The notes: generated from the letters alone by a model not told the origin. 53,224 bases of DNA from Alphaproteobacteria bacterium (GCA_018658465.1 JABHVE010000014.1:1-53224), one strand, 5' to 3'. Positions 29,250 to 38,616 are shown, counted from the first letter of the stretch. Numbers and translations are program-made.

Positions 29250-30275
29250 ATGACTTCAGACCAAGACTCCGAGACAGGAACCGAACCAACCTCGAAACAC
29301 ACAGACGGGCCTGTGTTGCGGGTAAAAATTACCCGGGCCGACCATCTAACTTCGTCGATTCGCGGGTTTGAATTGATGTCAGAGCAAGGCGGGCCGTTGC
29401 CCGGATTCACGGCGGGTGCCCACATTGATATCGAGGTCTACCTTCCCGATGGGGAGCTGGTACATCGGTCCTTTTCCATCGCCAGTGCCCCCGATGGCGA
29501 ACCCTACCGGTACCACATCGGTGTGCTGTACGAAGAAAACGGCACCGGCGGATCCATTTTCATGCATGAACGGGCCAAGACTGGGTACGTCTTGAATGCC
29601 CTTGGGCCGAAGAATTTTTTTGAAATGGTGGAAGACGCCGACCATTCGATTTTGATCGCCGGAGGCATCGGCATCACTCCGATTTTGTCCATGGCCTATG
29701 CCCTGACCGCCGATGAAAAATCCATGGAAATGCACTACGCGGCGCGGTCGGAAGAAGACATGGCGTTCATGGCCGAGGTAACCGAAGTCTGCGGCGAGGC
29801 CGCCCACCTATATTTTGACGGCGGCGACCCATCCAAGGGCATTGATATACCAAGCGTTTTAGGGAGCCCCGAAAATGGCCGGCACGCTTATGTCTGCGGG
29901 CCTATTGGATTGATCGACGGTGTGCGATCCCAGGCAGAAAAATTGGGATGGCCCGAAGATCACGTACATTTTGAAGTCTTCACAAAGCCGGAAGCAAAGC
30001 CAGACGATCAGCCGATCGAAGTGACGATCAAATCCACCGGCCAAGTCCTGAACGTGCCGCCCAAAACCCCCATTTTGGATGTGCTTCTAGAAGCCGGAGT
30101 GGACACAGATTATGATTGTCGCACAGGGATTTGCGCTTCATGCGCTGTCGAAGTTCTGGAAGGGGTCGCCGACCATCGGGATACTGTGCTTGATAAGTCT
30201 GAACACGAAGAAGAGAAGTTAATGTGTACGTGTGTGAGCTGGGCGAAGACCCCCAAATTGGTGTTAAATCACTAA
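29250..30275 (+). CDS. PDR/VanB-family FMN/NADH/[2Fe-2S] reductase
   Basis: Motifs AGAHI, RSFS, GGS, AGGIGITP, YVCGP, HFE-x-F, CRTGICASC, CTCVS. Confidence 0.93.
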   Translation: MTSDQDSETGTEPTSKHTDGPVLRVKITRADHLTSSIRGFELMSEQGGPLPGFTAGAHIDIEVYLPDGELVHRSFSIASAPDGEPYRYHIGVLYEENGTGGSIFMHERAKTGYVLNALGPKNFFEMVEDADHSILIAGGIGITPILSMAYALTADEKSMEMHYAARSEEDMAFMAEVTEVCGEAAHLYFDGGDPSKGIDIPSVLGSPENGRHAYVCGPIGLIDGVRSQAEKLGWPEDHVHFEVFTKPEAKPDDQPIEVTIKSTGQVLNVPPKTPILDVLLEAGVDTDYDCRTGICASCAVEVLEGVADHRDTVLDKSEHEEEKLMCTCVSWAKTPKLVLNH

Positions 30276-30387
30276 GGTGCGGCCTTAGGCCGCTACCAAT
30301 TCTACGATCGGTATGATATTGACAAAATCTTGGTTTCGCGAATTTTCATGTCGTGTTTCAAAATTTCAATGTGATGGGAGTATTTAA

Positions 30388-30768
30388 ATGAAATCCAGCA
30401 AATTGGTTGCACTGGGCGCCGCGTGTGCCTTCATGGTTATGGGCGATGCAGCACTAGCCCAGGGTGACGCAGCCGCAGGGGCGACGGCCTTTGCACGGTG
30501 CCGCGCCTGTCACTTGTTTGATGACACCGGTCGCCACCGGGTCGGCCCGAATTTGGCTGGCGTTTTCGGACGTACTTCCGGAACGGTTGAAGATTTTCCG
30601 CGCTATTCGGAAAACATGCTCACATCGGGCATTGTTTGGGATGACGCCACCTTGGACTCATGGCTAGCAGCCCCAGGCGAAATAGTCGCCGGGACAACCA
30701 TGAAAATGATCATTGGTGACGAAACAATGCGCGCCAACATCATCGCGTTTTTGAAAGCCGGCATTTAG
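30388..30768 (+). CDS. Cytochrome c2/c550 family (class I)
   Basis: Signal peptide ALA-QGD, CRACH heme motif, VGPNL, GTTM axial Met. Confidence 0.95.
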   Translation: MKSSKLVALGAACAFMVMGDAALAQGDAAAGATAFARCRACHLFDDTGRHRVGPNLAGVFGRTSGTVEDFPRYSENMLTSGIVWDDATLDSWLAAPGEIVAGTTMKMIIGDETMRANIIAFLKAGI

Positions 30769-30789
30769 TAAAGAAGACGTTTTTCAGGG

Positions 30790-30828
30790 GGGCGGTCGGC
30801 GGGTGACCGTTGGCCGCCCATTCCTTTT
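30790..30828 (+). terminator. Putative intrinsic terminator after the cytochrome c gene
   Basis: GGGCGGTCGGCGG-GTGA-CCGTTGGCCGCCC hairpin (with G-U pairs) followed by ATTCCTTTT. Confidence 0.55.
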
Positions 30829-30908
30829 GAACGCCGCGTCGGTTTTTATGGCGTGGGGCATTGATGCCCGGCTTTGTGAGACGATTGGTAATTGACGTGG
30901 GGAGTCCG

Positions 30909-32276
30909 ATGACCAAAAAGTCCAAGCCACAGGTCTCTGACCTCTCTGCCACCCCTGTACTTCCAGTCAGTGGTCGGCAACCCAAATCCCTCGCTCAAAC
31001 TGCTGACCAAGACCCAACCCGACGCAGACTGCTTCTTGGGGCCGCGGCCGCAGCTGGGGCCGCCGCTGTTGCCGCCGCGCCAAAGCAAGCCCAAGCAATC
31101 GCCCCGCCCGGGGCCGTGGAATATCCCGTGCCGGTCGATCCAACCCAGGTTCCCGGTAGGCCCCCTGGTCTGAACGGTGGCTATGGAACCCGGTCGCAAT
31201 TCGAAACGGAAGTTCGCGAGTGGTCAGGCTCAGGAACCTCTAGTCGCACCCCACTGGCGTCATCCGAAGGGACAATTACCCCGTCGGCTTTGCATTTCGA
31301 GCGCCATCACAACGGCATCCCCGAAATTGACCCCGAAGAACATTCATTGTTGGTCCACGGGATGGTGAAACGCCCCCTGACGTTTACGATGGCTGATCTG
31401 AAGCGCCTGCCGTCCACCAGCCGCGTGGCATTTATTGAATGTGGGGGCAATTCAGCCGGGGAATACCACGCCGCCCGGGGCAAAGAAATCCACAACATGC
31501 ACGGCCTTGTGAGCTCGTCCGAATGGACGGGAGTGGCCTTGTCCACCGTGTTGCGCGAAGCCGGTCTGGAATCGGGTGCTGCATGGCTTTTGGCCGAAGG
31601 CCGAGACGCCGCGATGCTTAGTCGCAGCATTCCTCTGGAAAAGGCATTAGATGACGCGGTCCTAGCCTATGCCCAAAACGGCGAGGCTTTACGCCCGGAA
31701 CAGGGCTATCCGTTGCGGCTTTTGCTGCCGGGTTGGGAAGGCATTACCAACGTCAAATGGTTGCACCGGCTGGATGTGTCCGATGCGCCTTTCCAGACCC
31801 GCGAGGAAACATCCCATTACACCGACCTGAACATTGTGACCGGCGAAGCCAAGCAGTTCACCTTTGTCATGGCAGCCAAGTCGCTGATCTTGTTTCCCCA
31901 TCCAGAGGCCAAATTAGAAGGCCCTGGATTTTTCGAAATTACCGGTCTGGCGTGGTCGGGCCGGGGCAAGATCAAACGCGTAGAGGTCACCACGGATGGC
32001 GGCAAAAATTGGCATTTGGCGGAGCTTCAAGAACCGGTTTTGTCGAAATCCCAAACCAGATTTCGGTTCCCCTGGGTGTGGGACGGCGAGCCGACGATGC
32101 TGCAAAGCCGTGCCACCGATGAAACCGGTTACGTTCAGCCAAGCATCCGCCAGCTAAAAGAAGTGCGCGGCGATGCCGAACGGGGCAACGTCAACTACCA
32201 CAACAACGCGATCCAGACCTGGCGGGTCAACCGCGGCGGCACCATCGAAAATGTCCACTTTTCTGGCAATTCATAG
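30909..32276 (+). CDS. soxC: SoxC-like molybdopterin sulfane/sulfite dehydrogenase
   Basis: Tat signal TRRRLL; ITPSALHFERHH; Mo-ligand FIECGGN; QNGEALRPEQGYPLRL; QSRATDETGYVQP; YHNNAIQTW. Confidence 0.9.
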   Translation: MTKKSKPQVSDLSATPVLPVSGRQPKSLAQTADQDPTRRRLLLGAAAAAGAAAVAAAPKQAQAIAPPGAVEYPVPVDPTQVPGRPPGLNGGYGTRSQFETEVREWSGSGTSSRTPLASSEGTITPSALHFERHHNGIPEIDPEEHSLLVHGMVKRPLTFTMADLKRLPSTSRVAFIECGGNSAGEYHAARGKEIHNMHGLVSSSEWTGVALSTVLREAGLESGAAWLLAEGRDAAMLSRSIPLEKALDDAVLAYAQNGEALRPEQGYPLRLLLPGWEGITNVKWLHRLDVSDAPFQTREETSHYTDLNIVTGEAKQFTFVMAAKSLILFPHPEAKLEGPGFFEITGLAWSGRGKIKRVEVTTDGGKNWHLAELQEPVLSKSQTRFRFPWVWDGEPTMLQSRATDETGYVQPSIRQLKEVRGDAERGNVNYHNNAIQTWRVNRGGTIENVHFSGNS

Positions 32277-32838
32277 GCCGGCCTTGCAGCTGGGGCTTTT
32301 TGCCCTGGTGTTGGCCATGTGGACCGCGGCCCTGAGCCCCGCAAACACCCAAGGATTTACCCCCGGCAAATACGGGATCGGCACACCGGCCGAGGCCGCC
32401 TTGATCGCCGCCCTGGATGTGGACGTGCGCGCGGACGGCGTTGGGCTGCCTGCGGGATCAGGGAACTATGAAGCCGGGGGCACATTGTTTTCCCAACTGT
32501 GCGTGAACTGCCACGGGGACAATTTGTTGGGCGGTCGTGAGCGGGGCGGCGCTCTGATTGGCGGTCGCGGCACGCTGACCTCGGAATATCCCCGTCGCAC
32601 TGTGGAAAGTTATTGGCCCTATGCCACAACCCTGTTCGATTACATTCGCCGAGCGATGCCCTATTCGTCCCCCGGGGTCCTGGAGGCAGACCAAGTTTAC
32701 AGTCTGATCGCCTTTATCCTTGGGGAGGCAAAAATCATTGAAAAATCGGTGATTATTGGGGCTGACAATTTGGCCGCAGTAGAAATGCCCAATCGGGATG
32801 GCTTCAACGCCGATTGGCAGCCGGAAATGTTTCGCTAA
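32251..32838 (+). CDS. soxD: SoxD-like monoheme cytochrome c, copy 1
   Basis: YGIG, DG-x-GLP-x-GSG, CVNCH, TVESYWPYATTLFDYIRRAMP, MPNRDGF; overlaps the soxC 3' end. Confidence 0.85.
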   Translation: MSTFLAIHRPALQLGLFALVLAMWTAALSPANTQGFTPGKYGIGTPAEAALIAALDVDVRADGVGLPAGSGNYEAGGTLFSQLCVNCHGDNLLGGRERGGALIGGRGTLTSEYPRRTVESYWPYATTLFDYIRRAMPYSSPGVLEADQVYSLIAFILGEAKIIEKSVIIGADNLAAVEMPNRDGFNADWQPEMFR

Positions 32839-32845
32839 CGGACCC

Positions 32846-33457
32846 ATGAAAATTTTTTTCCGCTTGTGCTTCGTATTCGTCGCCCTGTCGATGTTGACCA
32901 TCGGGCTTCCCAGTGTTGCCAAGGCACAGATTCGCGTGGCCCCGCAGCTCTTCCTGGACCCCCCGTACACCGGCCGATACGGTCTGGGCACCGATGCTGA
33001 TCCTGATCTGATCGCAAAACTGGACCTTGACGTGATGGCCGATGGGAGAGGCCTGCCCCGCGGCAGTGGCACTGTTTTTGGCGGCGAATTTGTTTATCGC
33101 GAGCACTGCGCCCAGTGCCACGGAGACGATTTGCGCGGCATCGAAGGCGTTCGCGGAGGCCCACTGTTTGGCGGTCGGGGGTCTTTGGCTGGCCCTGCCC
33201 CATTGAAGACCGTGGAAAGTTTCTGGCCGTTTGCCACCACACTGATCGACTATGTGCGGCGCGCAATGCCAACGGAAAACCCCGGATCCCTTGGCCCCAA
33301 TGACCTGTACGGGGTGGTCGCATTCATTTTGTACCGTGGCGGAATAATCGGCGCGGACGATGTGATGAACCCATCCACGATGCAAGCGGTAGAAATGCCC
33401 AATCGGCGCGGATTCTCGAACGGCCGGGGAACCGTTGAGGCCTTCAATTGGCGCTAG
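32846..33457 (+). CDS. SoxD-like monoheme cytochrome c, copy 2
   Basis: Own signal peptide; DGRGLPRGSG, CAQCH, TVESFWPFATTLIDYVRRAMP, MPNRRGF. Confidence 0.85.
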   Translation: MKIFFRLCFVFVALSMLTIGLPSVAKAQIRVAPQLFLDPPYTGRYGLGTDADPDLIAKLDLDVMADGRGLPRGSGTVFGGEFVYREHCAQCHGDDLRGIEGVRGGPLFGGRGSLAGPAPLKTVESFWPFATTLIDYVRRAMPTENPGSLGPNDLYGVVAFILYRGGIIGADDVMNPSTMQAVEMPNRRGFSNGRGTVEAFNWR

Positions 33458-33612
33458 ATTTTCCAAATAGGCGACCGGCGTGCAACCCCGACAACCGCAA
33501 ATTGACAATCAAGTTTGGTTGGCACCCACTGGATTCCGTGTCCTGTTAAGTTGTTCTTTAGGAAAATCGGCTAAACCAAGTGCACAGACCCGAATTGTGG
33601 GGGGTCTAGGTT

Positions 33613-35403
33613 TTGCCTAGGAGTGGTCCAGACGTGCAGTCTTTGAAGGTTCTTTCAGCGCTTCCATCGCGCGCGGATCTTGCGGTGTTGAGCCAGTCCA
33701 TCAAGGACAGCGGGCTCGCCGCGACTGTTACGGAGCACCAGGAGTCCAGCAGTGCGCTGAACGCCCTGTTGGAGGGCGAATTCGATTGCGCATTTATTGG
33801 CGCAGGAAACCCAGGTTTCGACCGGGTCGACATTCTTTCCGAATTGCGCCGGGCAGGAAGCTCGGTTCCCATTGTTTTTGTGCTTGGGGACGGTGGGGAC
33901 GAAAAAATTGCGGATTATTTGTTGGCCGGGGCCCACGATTGCTTGACCCTGGCTGACCTTACCCCCGAAACGATTGCCCGGACCTTGAATACGTCCGCCC
34001 GTGTGCGCCGCGCTGAAGTCCGCGCAGCAGAAGCCGAAGCCCGCCGCAGCCGTCAGCTTTTGTACGACACGCTCACCGGCCTCCCCAATCGCGCCCTGTT
34101 TTTTGATCGGCTAGATCAATCCTTGGCCCTGGCCCGCCGCCAACGCCAACCGTTGTCAGTCATGGTCATGGATCTAAACCGGTTTAAAGAGGTAAACGCC
34201 ACATTGGGGCATCCAGTTGGCGACCAATTGCTTCAAGCCGTCGCGGGGCAGATCATGACATCAGCGCGGGAATCCGACACGATTGCCCGCCTTGGCGGTG
34301 ATGAATTTGCGCTGCTTTTAACCACCGGTGGCACCTACGCCGGGACAATTAGTGCGGCCGAAAAAATTCTGGAAGCGATCCAAGCCCCGATCATCATCCA
34401 AAATCAAAAGTTGGCCGTGGGTACCAGCATCGGAATTTCGTTCTTTCCGGAACACGGCGAAGACAGCGCCACCTTGATGCGCCACGCCGACATCGCCATG
34501 TACGCCGCCAAGCGCAATGCCACAGGATTTTCGGTGTACGCCGGCGAAGCGGCAGACCGGGTGGACGCGGACCATGTGTTCCAATTGTCCCTGTCTGGCG
34601 ACCTGCGCCGGGCGATCCAAGAAGATCAGCTGGAATTAATGTTCCAGCCAAAGATTGGCTTTGATCCGATCAAAATTCGTGGGGTCGAAGCCCTGGTGCG
34701 GTGGAACCACCCGCAACATGGAATGGTAACGCCTGATAATTTCATTCCCCTGGCGGAACAAACTGGTGTGATCGAGCCCTTGACCATTTGGGTCTTGAAC
34801 GCAGCCCTGCGGGAATACAGCCGCTGGCGCGATGAAGGCATTGAAATCCCGGTTGCCGTGAATTTGTCCCCTGTGACCCTTCATGACCGAAATTTCTCCC
34901 GGGATGTTGAAAAGATCCTGGAAATTTGGGACGTGCCGTCCGAGGCCTTGTCGTTCGAAATCACCGAAAGCGCCATCATGTCGGACGTGGCCCGGGCTAC
35001 CGAAACCGTGAACCGACTTCACGCTATGGGGGTCGGCATTTCCATTGACGATTTCGGGACCGGCTACACATCCCTGTCGTACATCCGCAAACTGCCCGTT
35101 CGGGAAATCAAAGTGGATAAATCCTTTGTCATGGGCATGCGGGAAACGGCCGACGACGCTGTCATCGTTCGATCGATAGTCGAATTGGGTCACAATTTGA
35201 GCCTCAGCGTGGTGGCCGAAGGCATCGAAGACACGGAAACTTGGGATTTGTTAGGGGCCCTAAAATGCAACGTGGCCCAAGGCTTTTTGATGAGCCGACC
35301 CTTGCCATCAGACGCAGTCCTTCCCTGGATTCGTGCGTCAGAATGGTCCGGCCACGCAGACAGTGAAGAAACGGCTAAACCCATCCAGGCCGTCATTCCT
35401 TAA
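33613..35403 (+). CDS. Degenerate REC-GGDEF-EAL diguanylate cyclase/phosphodiesterase
   Basis: DTLTGLPNR, I-site RESD, GGDEF, EALVRW, DDFGTGYTSL, EGIE, QG. Start uncertain (TTG 33613 or GTG 33634). Confidence 0.93.
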   Translation: MPRSGPDVQSLKVLSALPSRADLAVLSQSIKDSGLAATVTEHQESSSALNALLEGEFDCAFIGAGNPGFDRVDILSELRRAGSSVPIVFVLGDGGDEKIADYLLAGAHDCLTLADLTPETIARTLNTSARVRRAEVRAAEAEARRSRQLLYDTLTGLPNRALFFDRLDQSLALARRQRQPLSVMVMDLNRFKEVNATLGHPVGDQLLQAVAGQIMTSARESDTIARLGGDEFALLLTTGGTYAGTISAAEKILEAIQAPIIIQNQKLAVGTSIGISFFPEHGEDSATLMRHADIAMYAAKRNATGFSVYAGEAADRVDADHVFQLSLSGDLRRAIQEDQLELMFQPKIGFDPIKIRGVEALVRWNHPQHGMVTPDNFIPLAEQTGVIEPLTIWVLNAALREYSRWRDEGIEIPVAVNLSPVTLHDRNFSRDVEKILEIWDVPSEALSFEITESAIMSDVARATETVNRLHAMGVGISIDDFGTGYTSLSYIRKLPVREIKVDKSFVMGMRETADDAVIVRSIVELGHNLSLSVVAEGIEDTETWDLLGALKCNVAQGFLMSRPLPSDAVLPWIRASEWSGHADSEETAKPIQAVIP

Positions 35404-35515
35404 AGACCGCCTTGGTCGGACCACTTGGCACCGGCCTCCCCCATATGCTACCGCTGGATGGATTGGTGCCGCCTTGGGGCAGCGCCGAATTTTGTCGCAA
35501 ATGAAATCTTGAGCC

Positions 35516-36502
35516 ATGGGCCGTCGTCTCATCGTCCGCGAGGAAATTTGGGATATTGGCGGTGGGTTCAGTATGTCTCGCAGCCGCAAGTGGGCCGCGG
35601 AAGTCTTGATGGTGGAAATCCATGAGGGCGGCCTCCGCGGACGCGGCGAAGGGGTCCCCAACCGCAGACAAGGCGAAAAATTGGAGGATGTTGCCGCACA
35701 GATTGCCAAAGTCCGCGATTTGGTTGAATCCGGCTCCCTGAACCGCGCGGGTTTGCAAACCCTTCTGCCGCCGGGCGCCGCCCGCAACGCCCTTGATTGC
35801 GCCTATTGGGATTTGGAATCCAAATTGAAGGACGTACCCGTCTGGAAATTGGCCAGCCTGCCCGAACCAAAACCTTTGATCACCGCCTTCACTATTACTT
35901 TGGACAAGCCCGCGGCCATGGCCGCTGTGGCTCGGGAACACCGCCACCGACCATTGTTAAAGCTGAAGCTTGGCGGCCCCGATGATCTTGAACGGGTGCG
36001 CGAGGTCCGGGCGGCTGCCCCCGAAGCCAAATTGATCGTCGATGTAAACGAGGCCTGGACCCCGGTTACCTACAGCGAACACGCAACGGAATTGGCGCGC
36101 ATGGGGGTGAAATTGCTGGAACAGCCCCTTCCCGCTGGCCAAGATGCCGCGTTGGCGTCCCTTGGCCGGTCAGTGCCCCTGTGCGCCGACGAATCCCTGC
36201 ATGATTCCAGTGACTTGGCCGCCGTCGCCAAACTTTATGACTTCGTAAACATCAAGTTGGACAAGGCCGGCGGGCTTACCGAAGCCGCCAAAATCGCCGA
36301 CGCCGCGCGGGACCGGGGCATTTCCATCATGATCGGCTGCATGGTGGGGACGTCCCTGGGAATGGCTCCGGCCTTTTTGCTGGGGGCATATGCCCAGATC
36401 GTCGATTTGGATGGCCCCTTGTTGTTGGCCGAAGATCGCCCAGGCGGCATCCAATATGACGGCGGCATCATGCAGCCACCCACATCGGAGTTTTGGGGAT
36501 GA
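35516..36502 (+). CDS. Enolase-superfamily dipeptide epimerase / N-acetyl-D-Glu racemase (YcjG/DgcA-like)
   Basis: Motifs GAARNALDCA-x-WD, KLKLG, DVNE, EQP, DES, NIKLDKAGG, GCM, DLDG. Confidence 0.9.
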   Translation: MGRRLIVREEIWDIGGGFSMSRSRKWAAEVLMVEIHEGGLRGRGEGVPNRRQGEKLEDVAAQIAKVRDLVESGSLNRAGLQTLLPPGAARNALDCAYWDLESKLKDVPVWKLASLPEPKPLITAFTITLDKPAAMAAVAREHRHRPLLKLKLGGPDDLERVREVRAAAPEAKLIVDVNEAWTPVTYSEHATELARMGVKLLEQPLPAGQDAALASLGRSVPLCADESLHDSSDLAAVAKLYDFVNIKLDKAGGLTEAAKIADAARDRGISIMIGCMVGTSLGMAPAFLLGAYAQIVDLDGPLLLAEDRPGGIQYDGGIMQPPTSEFWG

Positions 36503-37188
36503 TCGAACCCCGAGACCCGGAGACCGCGCGGCCAATTGGTGTCGTGCTGGCGGACAAAAACCCCATCATTTTGTCGGGCCTAGAACGGGTGTTCAATGAC
36601 GCCAGCGCCTTCACCGTCGTGGCAGTGGCGGCGGACGGAGAACGCTTTTTGGAAGCCGTGAGCCGCCTAGAATTTGACGTAGGCGTCATTGGCTGGGAAA
36701 TGCCTTATCTGGACGGTCGTGGGGTGTTGCAAGAATTGCGTGACAATGCCGATGCCCCACGGATTGTGGTGTACGCCGGGGCGCCCTCCACAGAAATTCC
36801 CAAACTGGTGATGGCCTTGGGCGGAGCCGGGTTTTGCCCCGAAGACGCGCCGACCGACGTGCTGCTGGAAACCGTGGCAGCCGTGGCCCAGGGGCGCATG
36901 ATGTTTCCCTACATCGATGTCCGCACCCTGGAAACCGACCCGTTTTCCCACCTGACCCACCGGGAGCGAGAATTGCTGCCATCCCTGCGCACCGGACGCA
37001 CCACAGCGCAAATTGCCAGCGATCTGGGTATTTCAGTCAACACCGTGAAATATCATCTGAAAAATTTGTACGCGAAACTTGGGGTCCGCAATCGCGCCCA
37101 GGCGGTTGATGCATACCTGACAGCCCAGGCGAACCTTGGGACTCCAGCAATTGGAGGCCCCGGCCATGTGCCGGTTAGTCGCGGGTAG
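36499..37188 (+). CDS. NarL/LuxR-family response regulator with atypical receiver
   Basis: REC-like N-terminus (LADKNP; FDVGVIGWEMP with Gly at the phospho-Asp site) and LuxR HTH LTHRERE...ISVNTVKYHLKNLYAKLGVRNR; ATGA overlap with the epimerase. Confidence 0.9.
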   Translation: MIEPRDPETARPIGVVLADKNPIILSGLERVFNDASAFTVVAVAADGERFLEAVSRLEFDVGVIGWEMPYLDGRGVLQELRDNADAPRIVVYAGAPSTEIPKLVMALGGAGFCPEDAPTDVLLETVAAVAQGRMMFPYIDVRTLETDPFSHLTHRERELLPSLRTGRTTAQIASDLGISVNTVKYHLKNLYAKLGVRNRAQAVDAYLTAQANLGTPAIGGPGHVPVSRG

Positions 37189-37288
37189 GGTTTCCCAACC
37201 CCGCCGCATGATCGACCATTATCACCCTTTTAGGTAGGTCATTTCCTACCCGTCCGGGGGTTCTTTTCAAAATTCGGATTGGTATAAT
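37183..37288 (+). promoter_or_regulatory. Candidate cbb operon promoter with repeated GGTAG/CTACC half-sites and extended -10
   Basis: TGGTATAAT (TATAAT at 37283-37288); inverted repeat GGTAGG-N6-CCTACC at 37233-37250; related GGGTAG-N7-CAACCC at 37183-37201. Confidence 0.55.
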
Positions 37289-37347
37289 GGGGGCCTTAAC
37301 GAGAGGTGGTCGGCGCCACGTGGTGCACATGACCCCCGGGAGGATCA

Positions 37348-38562
37348 ATGTTGCAAGGTAAAGTGCTCGTCGCCCAGGGCGGCGGGCCTACGGCTGTCAT
37401 CAATCAATCGCTTGTGGGCGTTGTCCTGGAAGGCCGCAAATTCGAGTCATCGGACCGGATTTACGGTGCCCGGCATGGTGTCAGCGGCATTGTGAACGAG
37501 GATTTCGTCGATCTGACCCAGGAGACTACCGACCACCTGGAACGGATCGCGGCGACCCCCTGTGCGGCCCTTGGAAGCACACGGGACAAGCCAGATTTGG
37601 CCTATTGCCAGGAGATTTTCAAGGTCCTGAAGGCCCATGAAATTGGCACCTTTTTCTATCTTGGCGGCAACGATTCCTCCGACACCATGCGCATTCTGTC
37701 CGAAGAGGCGCAAAAGGATGGCTATGGGCTCACATGCATCCATGTGCCCAAGACCATCGACAATGATTTGATGGTTAATGACCACACCCCTGGATTCCCA
37801 TCTGCGGCGCGATTTGTGGCCAGCGCCTTCGCCGGAATTAATCTGGATAACGAGGCCTTAGAGGGTGTGTACGTGGGGGTCGTTATGGGCCGCCATGCAG
37901 GGTTCCTTACCGCTGCTGCGGCACTTGGCCGCACATTTCCGGATGATGGGCCCCACCTGATTTATTTACCGGAACGCGATTTCGATATGGAGCAGTTCCT
38001 GGGCGATGTGAAATCGGTTTATGACCGCCTGGGGCGCTGCGTGATCGCGGTTTCCGAAGGCATTCATGACGCCAGCGGCGAAGCCATGATGACGAAATTG
38101 GCGGACAAAGTGGAACGCGACGCCCACGGCAATGTTCAGCTTTCCGGCACCGGTGCCTTGGCCGACTTGTTGACCGGGGCGATCCGCGACAAACTCGGCA
38201 TCAAGCGGGTCCGCGGCGATACTTTTGGCTATCTCCAGCGGTCGTTCTTGGGCTGCGTGTCCGATGTGGATCAGCGGGAAGCACGGGAAGTCGGCGAAAA
38301 GGCGGTTCAGTACGCCAATGCGGGCAACAGCACCGGCACCGTCACCATTCACCGGGTGGGAAACTACGCCACGGACTACCAGCTCCGCCCCCTCACAGAC
38401 GTGGCTGGCAAGACCAAGGTGATGGACCTGTCGATGATTTCCAAGTCCGGCAATGACGTGACCCAAGAATTTCTTGATTACGGGACTCCGTTGTTGGGGT
38501 CCGGAATGCTGACACCGGCGCGACCTCGCGCCAACCCAGTGGCCAAAATTTTGGGTGCCTAG
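37348..38562 (+). CDS. pfp: Pyrophosphate-dependent 6-phosphofructokinase
   Basis: QGGGPTAVIN, GGNDS (Asp at the PPi/ATP determinant), PKTIDND (Lys), MGRHAG, GYLQR. Confidence 0.88.
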   Translation: MLQGKVLVAQGGGPTAVINQSLVGVVLEGRKFESSDRIYGARHGVSGIVNEDFVDLTQETTDHLERIAATPCAALGSTRDKPDLAYCQEIFKVLKAHEIGTFFYLGGNDSSDTMRILSEEAQKDGYGLTCIHVPKTIDNDLMVNDHTPGFPSAARFVASAFAGINLDNEALEGVYVGVVMGRHAGFLTAAAALGRTFPDDGPHLIYLPERDFDMEQFLGDVKSVYDRLGRCVIAVSEGIHDASGEAMMTKLADKVERDAHGNVQLSGTGALADLLTGAIRDKLGIKRVRGDTFGYLQRSFLGCVSDVDQREAREVGEKAVQYANAGNSTGTVTIHRVGNYATDYQLRPLTDVAGKTKVMDLSMISKSGNDVTQEFLDYGTPLLGSGMLTPARPRANPVAKILGA

Positions 38563-38616
38563 GCACAGTTTGGAACACCGGATTTCTGATCAAATGCGTG
38601 GACGAGGATTATAGCA

